64,000 nucleotides of DNA from Macrostomum hystrix (lineage: Eukaryota; Animalia; Platyhelminthes): contig CATNEN010000039.1 in the NCBI GenBank assembly GCA_950097015.1, positions 14,322,001 through 14,386,000 on the forward strand, read 5' to 3'. Of the stretch, positions 48,038 through 58,971 are shown piece after piece (position 1 is the first letter of the stretch; every line of letters begins with the position of its first letter). A model generated the notes under the pieces. It was given only the letters and a program-made list of their open reading frames with translations. It made no database searches and was not told where the DNA came from. A program made the translations under genes and the position numbers.

Positions 48038-48487
48038 AGAAGTTGACAACTCCTTTATGATAAAGTTTTATTTCCTCACTATAATACTTGAAAATTATTA
48101 TACAAATTGCACCTGTACCGATTAGGCAAGATTGAGCACCCAACAGCACAGCCACAGCCACTGTACATATGAAGGCTGCGTACGGCTGTTCAGTCCATGT
48201 CTAGGGGGTGCTACACCCACCCTCAAATATCCCAATATCCCAGCTAATGCTGTTACTCAAAATTTAACAGCTGGATGAACTGAAGCAATGTGAGCTGTCT
48301 TTCCAGTGTATTGCTAAGAGACACGAATTGTTCTAGTGGAGTCGCGTATCAAAATCTACTTGTCAGCTGTGAAAATCTTTTGTGTCTATACCAGTTTATT
48401 TTTTGGAGAGAAAGTTTGCATTTTAGTTTGCTTTGGCGCGACTCACTCAAAAATGCGCAGTTTTTTCAGATTCAGCAGGAAATGTAT

Positions 48488-48828
48488 ACTTTTGATTCCT
48501 GCCACTTTTGAACCCTGCAGCTTTTGATTCATGCCACTTTTGAATCCTGCAGCTTTTGATTCCTGCCACTTTTGAACCCTGCAGCTTTTGATTCCTGCCA
48601 CTTTTAATTCCTGCAGCTTTTGATTCCTGCCACTTTTGATTCCTGCAGCTTTTGATTCTTGCCACTTTTGAACCCTGCAGCTTCTGAACCCTGCCACTTT
48701 TGAACCCTGCAGCTTCTGAACACTGCCACTTTTGAACTCTTCCACTTTGGAACCCTGCCACTTTTGAACCCTGCCACTTTTGAACTCTTCCACTTTTGAA
48801 CCCTGCCACTTTTGAACTCTGCCACTTT
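48488..48828. repeat. Related, more diverged 16-bp minisatellite (GA[TT/AC]CCTGC[CA/AG]CTTTT)n
   Basis: Read directly; same unit family as 47431-48037. Confidence 0.93.
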
Positions 48829-48859
48829 CTGCGTCGAAAAATCTAATCCACAACCAATT

Positions 48860-49400
48860 GGCTTTGGCGATGAAACAGACCTCTGGTTAGGTGAGCACTC
48901 TAGCTGAACAGCCAGCTTAGTCCAGTGCTGCTCTCAATTATTTTGCTCAAAATCCTATAAAAAGAGGCTACATTTCACAGTACTACGTGCAATGAACGAG
49001 CTGACTGTCAGTACACCTAGACTACTGATGGTCGAGGCTGCGTCTTGGTCTTACATTATTCGCATCAGCCAGTACTCCGGATTAACAGTGGGCAACGCCA
49101 GCACAGACTACGCGATGAATTTCGGCTCCTACGAGTATTTAACGGACAGCTCCAGCACAACTGGCGACGCACTCAGTTTACCCTAGAAGTAAAAAATTCT
49201 CAACAATGGACCGAGGCAATCATGCGTCCTCTATATAGTAGTTGTTTACAGGCAACCTGCGGCTACGGCGGTTCCAATGAAATCTACCAGACGTCAGCTG
49301 TCAGCGATTTTAACGGGATCATGTATCGGCTGTATGCCGCATAATGCGAATAATGATGCGGCTTATTGGGCTGCATTTAGCATTCGGCTGCTGCAGCTTT
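48860..49400 (+). pseudogene. Second FReD pseudogene
   Basis: GFGDETDLWL|gtgag...cag|LRAMNELT...RLLMVEAASWS...YLTDSS...GDAL, then a frameshift, then KKFSTMDRGN. Homologous to 490-890. Confidence 0.8.
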
Positions 49401-49642
49401 GGACGGAGCTCGCATGTTGTGAATAGACAAGTAAGTTTTTTATTGCTTTACTTATGAAAATGATTAACTACTAAAGTAAAAACAAAGAGATGAGATTTTA
49501 TTTTATTATTTTATTTCCATAAATTTTATTCGGTTTGGTTATATGCTTATATGACCAGATGCATATAAAATGCATAAGATCCCTTTTATTTACTCGAGAA
49601 AATAGAATCCTTTTAGTTTGAATTGTACGAGTACTATGATAG

Positions 49643-50270
49643 TGTGACGTTGTCACTTGTTGAAGGCGCCCCTGCAATATTACTCTATGCGTTGATTACA
49701 TGCTTAATTTCCTAATTATGTACTAGCTTGGGCCGTTTTAACTCATCGTATAATATCATCCAACTCTGTTAATTTATATTATTAAGTCAAATTATTAGGG
49801 CGCTACTGTTAGTAACCATAAACGCATATCGCGCCATTCTAGCTATTTCCTACGCGTATCTTAATGTATTTTCCCCCGGCCAATGAGCGTGCGAGCTCTG
49901 GCTGGCCGGAAGTATCGATCGCTATGTTTTGCAGTCTGCCTGGTTTACTTAATCGAGGGCTCTGGGCCCGCTCGCGCCTCACACTCTTTCCGTTCCTTTC
50001 CCTTCCGCTCGCGCCTCACATTCTTTCCGTTCCTTTCCTTTCCGCTCGCGCCTCACCTTCTCATTCTCACTCTCGCCCTTCTACGTTTTCGTACTGTGCC
50101 ATTCTCTCACTACACTCCACTACATTCGGTTCTGTTCGTGTCTAACCCTCACCATTAACGAGCTCCTACGCCTTACATAACGCCCTGCTTGTCGACGTCC
50201 CAGTGTATACAGAATAAAAGTGCTACCGCTACATCACAGACATTACTGACTCTGAATTGCCGAACTTACA
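49643..50270 (+). mobile_element. Uninterrupted LTR-like repeat (TG...CA, AATAAA near the 3' end)
   Basis: Both halves match the flanks of the Helitron array. No clear TSD. Confidence 0.7.
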
Positions 50271-50379
50271 ATTGCCGCCGCTCTGACTTCGACTTCGTCC
50301 TTTGTTTTAATCGTCACAATAGGGTGTCGAAGTTAAAGTGTAAATCAATCTTGGTTTTTGAAAGTCTGGCAGTGTAACA

Positions 50380-50490
50380 AGCCCTCAGTTTTTCTGCCCC
50401 CAAATGAATTTTACCTCGCTGCGGATTCGAGCTCAGGGTCATTGGTACGAGTGGCGAACGCGATAAACACCCTCTCCGCCACTCACCCCA
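50380..50490 (-). mobile_element. SINE family 1, 5' fragment
   Basis: Reverse complement reads gggtgagtggcggagaggg...tatcgcg...accaatgaccctgagctcgaatccgc. Confidence 0.65.
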
Positions 50491-50946
50491 TAAGTAAAGG
50501 GCAATTGCATAAGCAGCAATTATATAGAATTTCAGTTTTATTATCATTGCTAATCGGCTATTTTGCGACATTTGATACTTGCCTTAACAATAAGACTTAA
50601 CATTAGGGTCAACACTATGTGGTCCTTTTGTGCCTGACGTTTGGCTGAGGTTGCTGTTATGAGATAGCACTTCAGGTATTGGAAGTGTTATTATTATTTT
50701 TATTATTAAAACGCGCACGCCATCTATGGGTGCTGATTTTTTTTCCTTTATATATTTTTGTTGACAAATATTTTAATGGACAACGAAAAACATAACATCA
50801 AAAGCGAAGTTTTGTAGGATTCCACTATCGAGCTGGGAAGGGAAAAGCAAAAGCAAAGGTATTAAAAATAAGAGCAGTAAAAACACAAGGGACGCCACGA
50901 ATAAAACAATATATATATTGTTAAATGTTAATACGACCTCGTAGTC

Positions 50947-51235
50947 TCAGGGCAGCTGTTCCCTTATTTTAGAGATATCTATGATGTATTTTGCTAAAGC
51001 TTCAGTGGTTTCCCTATCGTCTTGAGCCATTATGTAGTTAGATTTCTCTTCTGCTGTTAAGGATATGAAATTGGGAGTTTTCCCAGAAATTTCCTTCTCA
51101 AAATTCGAACGTGCTGCGCTATACATATTCCAACTGCACTTAAAAAGGAAGTGGACCACGTTTCCAACTTCTGTTTTGCACTTACTACATAATCTATTCT
51201 CATACGGAATTTTCGGTCTTGCAGTTCGCAATATG
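50947..51235 (-). mobile_element. 3' fragment of a non-LTR retrotransposon (CR1/L2-group-like C-terminal CCHC)
   Basis: IPYENRLCSKC...VVHFLFKC...Y...R matches the RLC..C....ED..H.L..C..Y motif of LINE ORF2 C-termini. Confidence 0.7.
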
Positions 51236-51555
51236 TTTCGCAAGCTAGCTTATGGTTTCCTAGTGTGGAAAACTTTCAGTTTTCCTTCAGTACTTTCCTT
51301 CAGGCGCAGCTCCTTCAGTACTGAAAGATGATAGATGAAATAGTATGAAATTGTCGGGTGGTGGAATTGCCGCGGAGTGCCCTTGGAAAATTCGTGGGAA
51401 TTCCTCGCTGCAAGCTATGCGAAATTTGTTAAAGCTGACATAATGTATATTTATAAATTAATTCAAGCCACAAAAATACCGCCGCAAAACATTTAGCCGG
51501 CCTTCTACTTGGACTTATTTGTCACAGCCGGTAAAAAAGCCCCAATTTAAAAAAC

Positions 51556-52261
51556 ATGACAGAAAAAAAAGATCGCAGAAGGCTGCGAGTGAACCGCAAT
51601 GGGGCGTCCCACAAGAAGGAGGGCGCAGCTCCTTCAGTACTGAAAGATGATAGATCTCCCGATATGGATATCAGTGGTCGAAACGCCATGCTTCGAGCTG
51701 TCGCTCGTGGTGACGTGGAAGACTTTGAAGGACATTTCAAGTCTTGTAACGGTAGTAGTACAGCTGTGAACTACAAAGACTACAGCCAGAGAACAGCGTT
51801 GATGCAAGCTTGTCTAGCAGGCTCCTTCGACAGTACTAGGGTCTCAATCAACAACCAGCTGGTGAAGCTTGACTACCAGGTAATATTTGATACATTTGAC
51901 AGCGAAATAATTTGCAATGCAATAGAATCTCCATCAACCATCAAATCTCTTTCAATTTGCGCAGGATATTTCCGGCTTCACAGCGCTGATGCATGCAGCT
52001 CAGAGAGGTCACCATTTAATAGTGGATCTGCTGCTCAAGAAAAAGGCGAACCACCAGTTGGTTGACTCTCGAGGCAACACTGCCATCATCCTCGCTGCCA
52101 GGCGCAACCATGTGGACTGCCTGAAGGCTTTTGCGAAGTACGTCAATGACCCTGCCGACTGGGTCGTAAAGGGAGAGTATGGACTCACAGCGGAGCAATG
52201 GGCTCAGACAAATCAACGCTTGGAAGCTTTGGCGCTCATAAGGAACACATTAGTGGGTTAG
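51556..52261 (+). CDS. Ankyrin-repeat protein A; exons 51556-51879, 51965-52261 (~206 aa)
   Basis: SGRNAMLRAV, RTALMQAC, GFTALMHAAQRGH, GNTAIILAA, GLTA. Phase-0 GT-AG intron. Confidence 0.85.
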
Positions 52262-53214
52262 TGAATTTTCACATTAGTGAAAAACATTCTCTTTCATTTT
52301 TCCTATTACAATAGTTTTAATACAGCTGCAGTAATTTAAAACTCATATTTCAGAGTCCAGAGAAATTCAACGTCGATTGAGATGTGAATGACTACGTACT
52401 ATGATGTTACGAATCGAAGCTCGTACATATAGTCAAATTACTGATATCGTAAATTTTACGGAGCAGTGGAGCAGTTTAACATTTTTCCTTCGCTTTCTAT
52501 TCCTTCGTTCTGTTGCCAAATTGTTACTTATGAATTTCATGAACATGTGATCGCTTTTATTCTTAAAATCGTTATATTTTTACTCTAAATTGTTTGTGTG
52601 ATTTGTTACAGGAAGTTGATAGTGCATTTTGCCCATAATTGTTTTGTCTGTTTAATTTTTATACATATTTATTTAAATTTTCCGTAATTCTTCTCTACGA
52701 GTGTATTCTTTTTCCTCTATATTTTTTACTTGTCAAAAGTACAAATACCGGCGACAATAAATTTGTTTCGGATTTATGTATTTCAATCATTATACGTGCT
52801 ATCAAGTCACGACATCAAGCGTATATAGCTACCAATATCTTTAATCTGACTTACCAAAAGAGGTAGCGCTGATTTCCCTCTCAAAAACACGAAAGTAACG
52901 CTTAATTAACACAATTAACACTTCATTAACCCTTAATTAAAAAACAAATTAACTAATTGAAGCAAAAAAGTGCATGAAATTATTTTATTATTTTATTATT
53001 AAGAAACATTCCCGAAAAATAAAAGTTAACCGATTTTAATCAGTGACGTAATTTAAAATAGTTCAATTGTTTGCTTTTGCTTCGGATATTTCGCAGATGT
53101 ATTATTTGATAAATAGCAGTAGATAAGCCTACTTTGAGAGCAAAGAGGGTTTAAAGCTAGATGTTAAATTTCGAATACTCTCCGGGGTCGGTGTCCTAGC
53201 TAGCAATCTTTAAT

Positions 53215-53385
53215 ATTAATAATAATATATAATAACTGCAGGAGGGCTGCGGGCAACGGCACATAACCTCGTATTTAGTAACACAAGACCCACTGCCAGC
53301 GAGGAGGCGTTTCTGCCCATTTCGCGGACTACTAAACACACACGCACAAATACCGTACGCTGCCTGCCAGGCGTCGCACGTACTC
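53215..53385 (-). mobile_element. SINE family 1, 3' fragment with (ATT)n tail
   Basis: Reverse complement gcgtacggtat...atgggcagaa...ttgcccgcagccctc.tgca.ttatt matches 1227-1357. Confidence 0.7.
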
Positions 53386-53494
53386 GGCTAGCTGCACTGG
53401 CAATGCCGCTACTGGGCGAACTCCCTCGAGGTCGCAGAAGCGCCGCCACTGCTCGACGTTTAAGGCGTTGGAGGCCTTGGTTTTTTTCGGAAAC

Positions 53495-53650
53495 TGGTAA
53501 CGAAAACAGGTAACGGGAAATGCATACTGTTGGTAACTACTCGTTAACCATCATTTTCGTTACCAGCCCATGGTAACGCGAAACAGTAACGTTGCAAAAA
53601 AGTAACGATCGATCGTTACCAAATTGGTAACTAGTATTGGGTAGTGCCCT
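53495..53650. mobile_element. One end of a hAT-like element with GTAACG subterminal repeats
   Basis: Multiple GTAAC/GTTAC motifs in both orientations ending at ...AGTGCCCTA (TAGGGC terminus). Confidence 0.45.
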
Positions 53651-54699
53651 ACACTGCGCCTTCATGAGGTCGATCTTGGCAGCAAAGTCACCGGGCTTGA
53701 ACCGCATGTAAAAGCCGCTAACGGTCTCAAATCGGCCAGCAGCGACTTCATTCTTCAACTGCCCTTCGACCAAAATATTGTACTCAACCGAAAGAATTTC
53801 CACATAGTTTTCACATTCAAGTGAATTATAGATTGAGACAAAAATAGTGATACTTATTATTTTACTATGCTCTACTAAGTTTAGGCTTTAATTTAAACCA
53901 CGTCCTACTCTGTGGACGACGCTCCCTTGTTGTCTGCTGTCAGCGCTGTTCCGACAGATCCTATCGGTTAACACTCTTTCTGCCAGTCGGCGTAGGTTTA
54001 GAGGGGGCACTTATGGTACTCTCGCAAAACTTCGCAAAACAGGCGCCTATCTAGATCTAGAACGCCCTGAGCTACCTCGAGAGCTACCTCGAGAACTGAC
54101 AAGCAGCTTGTGGTTAGGCCAGGTGTAACAAAAGGCCGGGCAATGACACACTCGTTACTACTAACAGGAGTGCTTGTTGCTGCAAGCCAGTTTATGTTAT
54201 AATTACCATACTGTCCATATTTATTTTGAGGCTGTAGAAAAGCAGATTCAAAAGAAACTCAAGTGTGGACGGTATCGCGAGTGCCCGACCGGCTGTCGTC
54301 CGCAAGTGGTCAGTGCCCAAGGAGCCCTGCTCAAAGGTGGTGACCTTCTGTCACGTTGCAATCACGCAACCACGTTGCAACAGCGTTGCAATACAGTCCG
54401 GTGCATGTGGAAGAGTTGGGGCAGCGTTGCTTCGTCGGTTCGATGGCAGTTGAGACTGGACCTACATCGATTGGGATAAGGTCGCGGCTGGAATGTTTGC
54501 CAAACAGCCAATCAAATACAAAGAGGCGATGGCTCCACTGCTGGCAATTCTGCACCGGAGAATAGCTAGAAGGCTGTAATTTCAGCATGTCATATTACGA
54601 TAACTATGTCATATTACGTCATATTATGCCATATTATATTACATGTCATTTGTCATAGTACTCGTATAAACAATGGTACTTTTAAATGGTACACCGGTA

Positions 54700-55470
54700 G
54701 TTTAGAGGCCTTTGCAGATGATTGCGCGGATGTCCTTACGGTGTGGTTAAAGGGGATCAGTCGCCAGCTGCTTGTCTACATGGTTTCGTGTCAACTGATC
54801 AGCACCGGATCTGAAGAAGCATACCGCTACCACACTCTTTCTGCGAGGCACAAAATGAGATCTGAGACTGCGCATCTCAAGAAAACGACCGATATCGCCA
54901 CTCGTGTTGCTGTTCAACGGTGAGTCAGCTGTTCTGATAGCTTTCAGCTGGGCAGTCATCATCTGCTGTTGATGGGGCCACGGACTACTCAAGTAGAGTA
55001 GACCACTATCTACTAGTGGTCCTTGGATGGGGCATGCTCCGAAAATCTTGTTTGCTGCCAACTTGACATTCTTAGACATCCTCGAGGCCTGGCCGTGCGT
55101 CTGGAGCACAGGAGACTCTCCAGTTGAAAAAACGCGTGCGCCAGGTGCTTCTGCCGAGGCTAGTGGGGCGGGCGCCGCTGTGCCCAGTGCTGCGACCGGC
55201 AGAATCGCTTTCTAGCTGACAAGTTAGGCGCGGCTGGCTTCAAGCGTGAGCCCTTCTCAGCCCTCAGCCTAGCTCCACCAAAGTGGTGCGACCTGGGCCT
55301 CTGAGCAAGGCGTGCCTGTGCATCACATCATGCGGATCGGAGACTAGAAGAGTGATGCAGTGCAGCGGTACCTCCCGACCTCCCGCAGTTTCAGCAGGGC
55401 TTGGCGGCGTCCGCCGTGTTCACGAATACGTGATGGCGTAGGAACTCAAATTTAATAACCTTGCTCATTT
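54700..55470 (+). mobile_element. Condensed tyrosine-recombinase (DIRS/Ngaro-like) retrotransposon remnant
   Basis: IADVL-like RNase H end, CPV, and GATWASEQGVPVHHIMRIGD*KSDAVQRYL (YR C-terminal box with the catalytic Tyr). Confidence 0.75.
54979..55025. mobile_element. 47-bp palindromic micro-transposon with 8-bp TSD
   Basis: TSD GATGGGGC at 54971-54978 and 55026-55033. CA...TG ends with imperfect TIRs CA(C/A)GGAC(T/C)ACT. Absent from the homologous copy at ~11110. Confidence 0.7.
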
Positions 55471-55849
55471 TTATCAAAGTTGTTTTCAATTGTTTCAACC
55501 TATTTTCAATCGCTTGTTTTTAACTTCTCTGCAGTGCAGACAGTATTTTTGTAATATTTTAATCTTTGCATAGTACTACAGTTCTCAAAACTTTCTGCAC
55601 TTCTAGCAAATTCTAGCAATACGAGCTCGTAGACAATTCGGCTCGTAGACCGAAGTTACTTTAAGTACGAGCGAGCCGGTCTGTTAAGCAAACGGCAGAA
55701 AATAAGTCGCAGAAAAATGACTCAAAAAATTTCACTAAAATACGAGCTATAATGAATCAAATATATTTTAAGGAAAACATCAGTTCGATTTATATTTTCA
55801 CGTTGACATCGTGAAAACATATCGGTGGGTCGAAGCCCAGCGCGAATGC

Positions 55850-56420
55850 GAACGTTACGACGCGCGTTTCCGTCCTGGATGGCGGTGCCCGGAATCCGGA
55901 ATATACCACGCTCGCCGGACTGCGCCTGGATGAGACTGGCCAGCGCTTCAATCAGGTCCAGAGCCTCAAAACCTAAGGCTCCTCGAATCTCAACGCCGAC
56001 TGGGCGGAAGTCGAAGCGGTCGCTCAGGTCGGCAAACCGTCGAATCGTCGTGAGCTGCGCGCCTCCAGGGCCCATCGGCTCGAGCACTGCATGGTAGCAA
56101 GACGATTCGGACGTTCAGCTCGTTGAGCCGGCGTGGCGCGCCCCAGGCCGCGCGGTTGCAGGTCAGCGTGTGGTCGCCGAACTAATCAAGCGCCACGCGG
56201 CACTCGCAGACTCCGGCAGGCCAAGCCGCAGGCCGATGGCTGTGGGCAGTTCGATGTCTGACATCCATCCCGGCTGATCGGCAGACCGAGGAACAGCGCT
56301 GCAGACTCAGAAGTGGATGTAGAGTGCAGTCGGGCGATATCGCGATGGACCGCATCTACTGGCTTCTGCGAAGCTGATAAAGGTGCCTTCTGGCTCGCTC
56401 AGACCGCGGGCGGCTTGCAG
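55850..56420 (-). mobile_element. CRE/SLACS-like non-LTR retrotransposon C-terminal remnant (CCHC + restriction-like endonuclease)
   Basis: AIGLRLGLP, CECRVALD*FGDHTLTC, FRPVGVEIRGALG and IQDGNA. Confidence 0.7.
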
Positions 56421-57210
56421 GAAAGTGTCAGTTAAAGTAAACATGACGAATGTCTGCAATTATTACTGCGACAAGCTATAGCTAGAATGATGGATTCTAT
56501 TTACCTTTACTCTTTGAGACGATCAGCCCATGCAAGAGCTAATTGGCTGCGCTTGCTCCACAACTGGCAAGTAGCGCAGCTGGCTTTAGTCCGTGAACAA
56601 TATAAGGTTCTGTTAAGCGTACACTTTTTGCGTACGTACTATACGCTGCGACACTTAAGAATTTCAGAATTTCTCTGCCTGCTTGTTGGGTACAGGAATT
56701 TTTTCAGTTAATCTGTACTATTTATACATTAGCTGGGTTCGGCATATCAGGCATACAGTATATAAAGCCTCCATATTTTGCTTTATCTTACAAGTGGCAA
56801 GGTAAAATACAAGCTAGTAATATCGAATTAAAAGACACCCGATAAATGGTAGAAAATATGATAATTTAATTAGCTCGTACTATCTACGTAAAACACATGC
56901 ATAACTTTTAGTTTAAAACTAGTTTACTAAAAATATCGACTTGCGCTTAACTTTGAAAAGAAGAAAAATCCAAGATTTCAAAATGCCACGAAATAGTCCG
57001 ACGCAGAAAAGCGATGGCGAAGTCTTGAACCATAAAAGGAGAGTCCATAGTAATCTGAAAGAGCTTCAACGGCTTCAATCCTTACGTGAGTAAATTTTGC
57101 GGCGAATAATTTTTTCCTTGATTTGGATAGTTAGGTCACATTGTGGCGGGCAGCTCAGGTAACACTTCGAAAAGAAGATTACAAAAAGCAATATCTAGCC
57201 TACACCTGCC

Positions 57211-57972
57211 GGCAATCTTTTACTTCCGTTCGTTAAATTATTTTTTCTTTTGAAAATAACAGCTGACGACAAATAAACGTGTTTAACGGTGTTTAACAGT
57301 AACAACAATTAACGGTAACACGGTAGGATTTTTGAAATGGTAGGAGTTCTGAAACAGAAGCTGAAACAATTCTGAAACCGTCAGGAGTCATCTCTCATGT
57401 TCTCATCTTATCTCAACATCTCGTGCTGTCATCTCGGACTCAAACTGGATAGTAGTGGCGGATCCAGTACAGGATGGCACCGAAGCTGTTGTGTGGATAC
57501 AGCCGGCGCCACAAAAACTCCTCGAGGTGGCTCTCAAACAGCGCCGCACTTGTGCCGTGCATTTGCCGCAGCTTGGCCTTCGCATGGGCCCACGTGCCCT
57601 CGATCGTGTTCGTGTGGACAGTAGGATCGGCTGGGTCGACAAAGTGGAGCCGGTGGTTGACATACGCGTGATTCTGCAGGCCGGCGTACGCCAGCCACCC
57701 GTCGGTCAGGATCCGGGTCCCAGGCAGAATGTGTTGCTGCAGGATGGGCATCAGGGTAGCCGCCGACCTATCAGCCACATCAGCCACGTCAGCACAAGTC
57801 TTTCAAACTCAGAGTATAATACAAATAAATCAAATTTAATTTAACCATTTCATAATTACTGACCACACTCCTGACCGTCTTTACCTTTAAACACCGTTAA
57901 ACACGTTTATTTGTCGTCAGCTGTTATTTTCAAAAGAAAAAATAATTTAACGAACGGAAGTAAAAGATTGCC
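57211..57972 (-). mobile_element. Merlin (IS1016/IS1595-like) DNA transposon deletion derivative; transposase C-terminus 57787-57440
   Basis: ~85-bp perfect TIRs starting GGCAATCTTTT, 8-bp TSD CACCTGCC (57203-57210, 57973-57980). Motifs DRSAATL, TDGWLAY, VNH, HTNTIEGTW, EFLWR. Confidence 0.95.
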
Positions 57973-58971
57973 CACCTGCCTCTTTCCGTGCAGGAAATAC
58001 ACGCAAACCTATTCTGGAACTCCGTTGGCATCCTTACTGTAGACCGATTGCAAGAAGCTCAACAATAGTGACATCTTATGCCCTAAAGTCTCTAAAGTCT
58101 AAAGTCTCTAGAGTCCTAAAGTCTCCAGCATAAGTAAAAACAATTATTAGAACCCATCAGAAAACTATTTTTCCTTTTCAATTCGCAACCGATTTGTAAC
58201 TTTGTTGTGTTCAGCCAGTGGACACTCGTCAGAACCGCATGTCTCATTTGGCTATTCCGCGGCCATGCCGCGGCAATTCCGCGGTATGGCCAACAGACGC
58301 GGTCCTTCTTTTGTAAGTTCCACAAAAAAGGCAATTCCGAGATATTTCCACGGCCATTCCGTGGCAATGCCGACAATTTATGCGTTCACCCCACAGACCA
58401 AGAAATATAACCAAGTTATAACCAAGACCAAGTTATATTTCTTGGTCTGTGGTTCACCCACGAGCTTGTCTGCTGACATCTGTCACTCATTCAAAAACAA
58501 TTGCCGAAGGATCAAAGCTCGCTAAAAATGGCCATCGCTCCGCAAAACCCTCGCACCAAACCCAAACCGGCACAAAGCAGCACGCGCGCACCCGGGCATC
58601 TGTCTTATAAACAAATGCGGTTACGGTGCCTGAGCAAAAAAATCAAACTAAAAATCCAATACCGGATTTCCCTTCCCCATATTCCGTGATGAATGAGAAG
58701 CGGATATCATGGATTCATTTTCAAACTCAGATTTTTGGGAATTTTGAATTAGTTTTTAAAAGGTTCGGATGAATAAACAATTGAGGAATTGAAGACTTTG
58801 TGGGATATGTGATTTCGGGGTCTGTGAGCGGTGGGCACCCAACTGAAAAATATAAACTCTAAGGCACTGGGAAAACTATTTCAAAGGATCCACAATTTTC
58901 CACAGAACTATTTTACTGATAAAACGCATCAAAACCTCCACTATCGCACAGCTGAGAAGTCGGTCCATCCG

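Noticed and set aside
16447-48828. CRISPR-like arrays
   Set aside because: All tandem repeats are contiguous with no unique spacers, there are no cas genes, and the context is eukaryotic.
47347-48853. IKSGRNQKWQESKVAG repeat proteins
   Set aside because: They are translations of a 16-bp minisatellite that is open in all three minus frames.
51360-51410. NF-kB-like sites (GGGAATTCC; also GGATTTCCC near 58663) upstream of the ankyrin genes
   Set aside because: These are short motifs expected by chance and embedded in GGAATT-type repeat fragments seen elsewhere in the window.
53650-53810. hAT transposase fragment (also ~13640-13930)
   Set aside because: The similarity is too vague to support without a profile search.
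616-56184. TAG reassigned to Trp/Gln (alternative genetic code or readthrough)
   Set aside because: The same elements also carry frameshifts and deletions, intact genes use TGG, and TAG serves as the normal stop of the RING exon and the Tc1 transposase.
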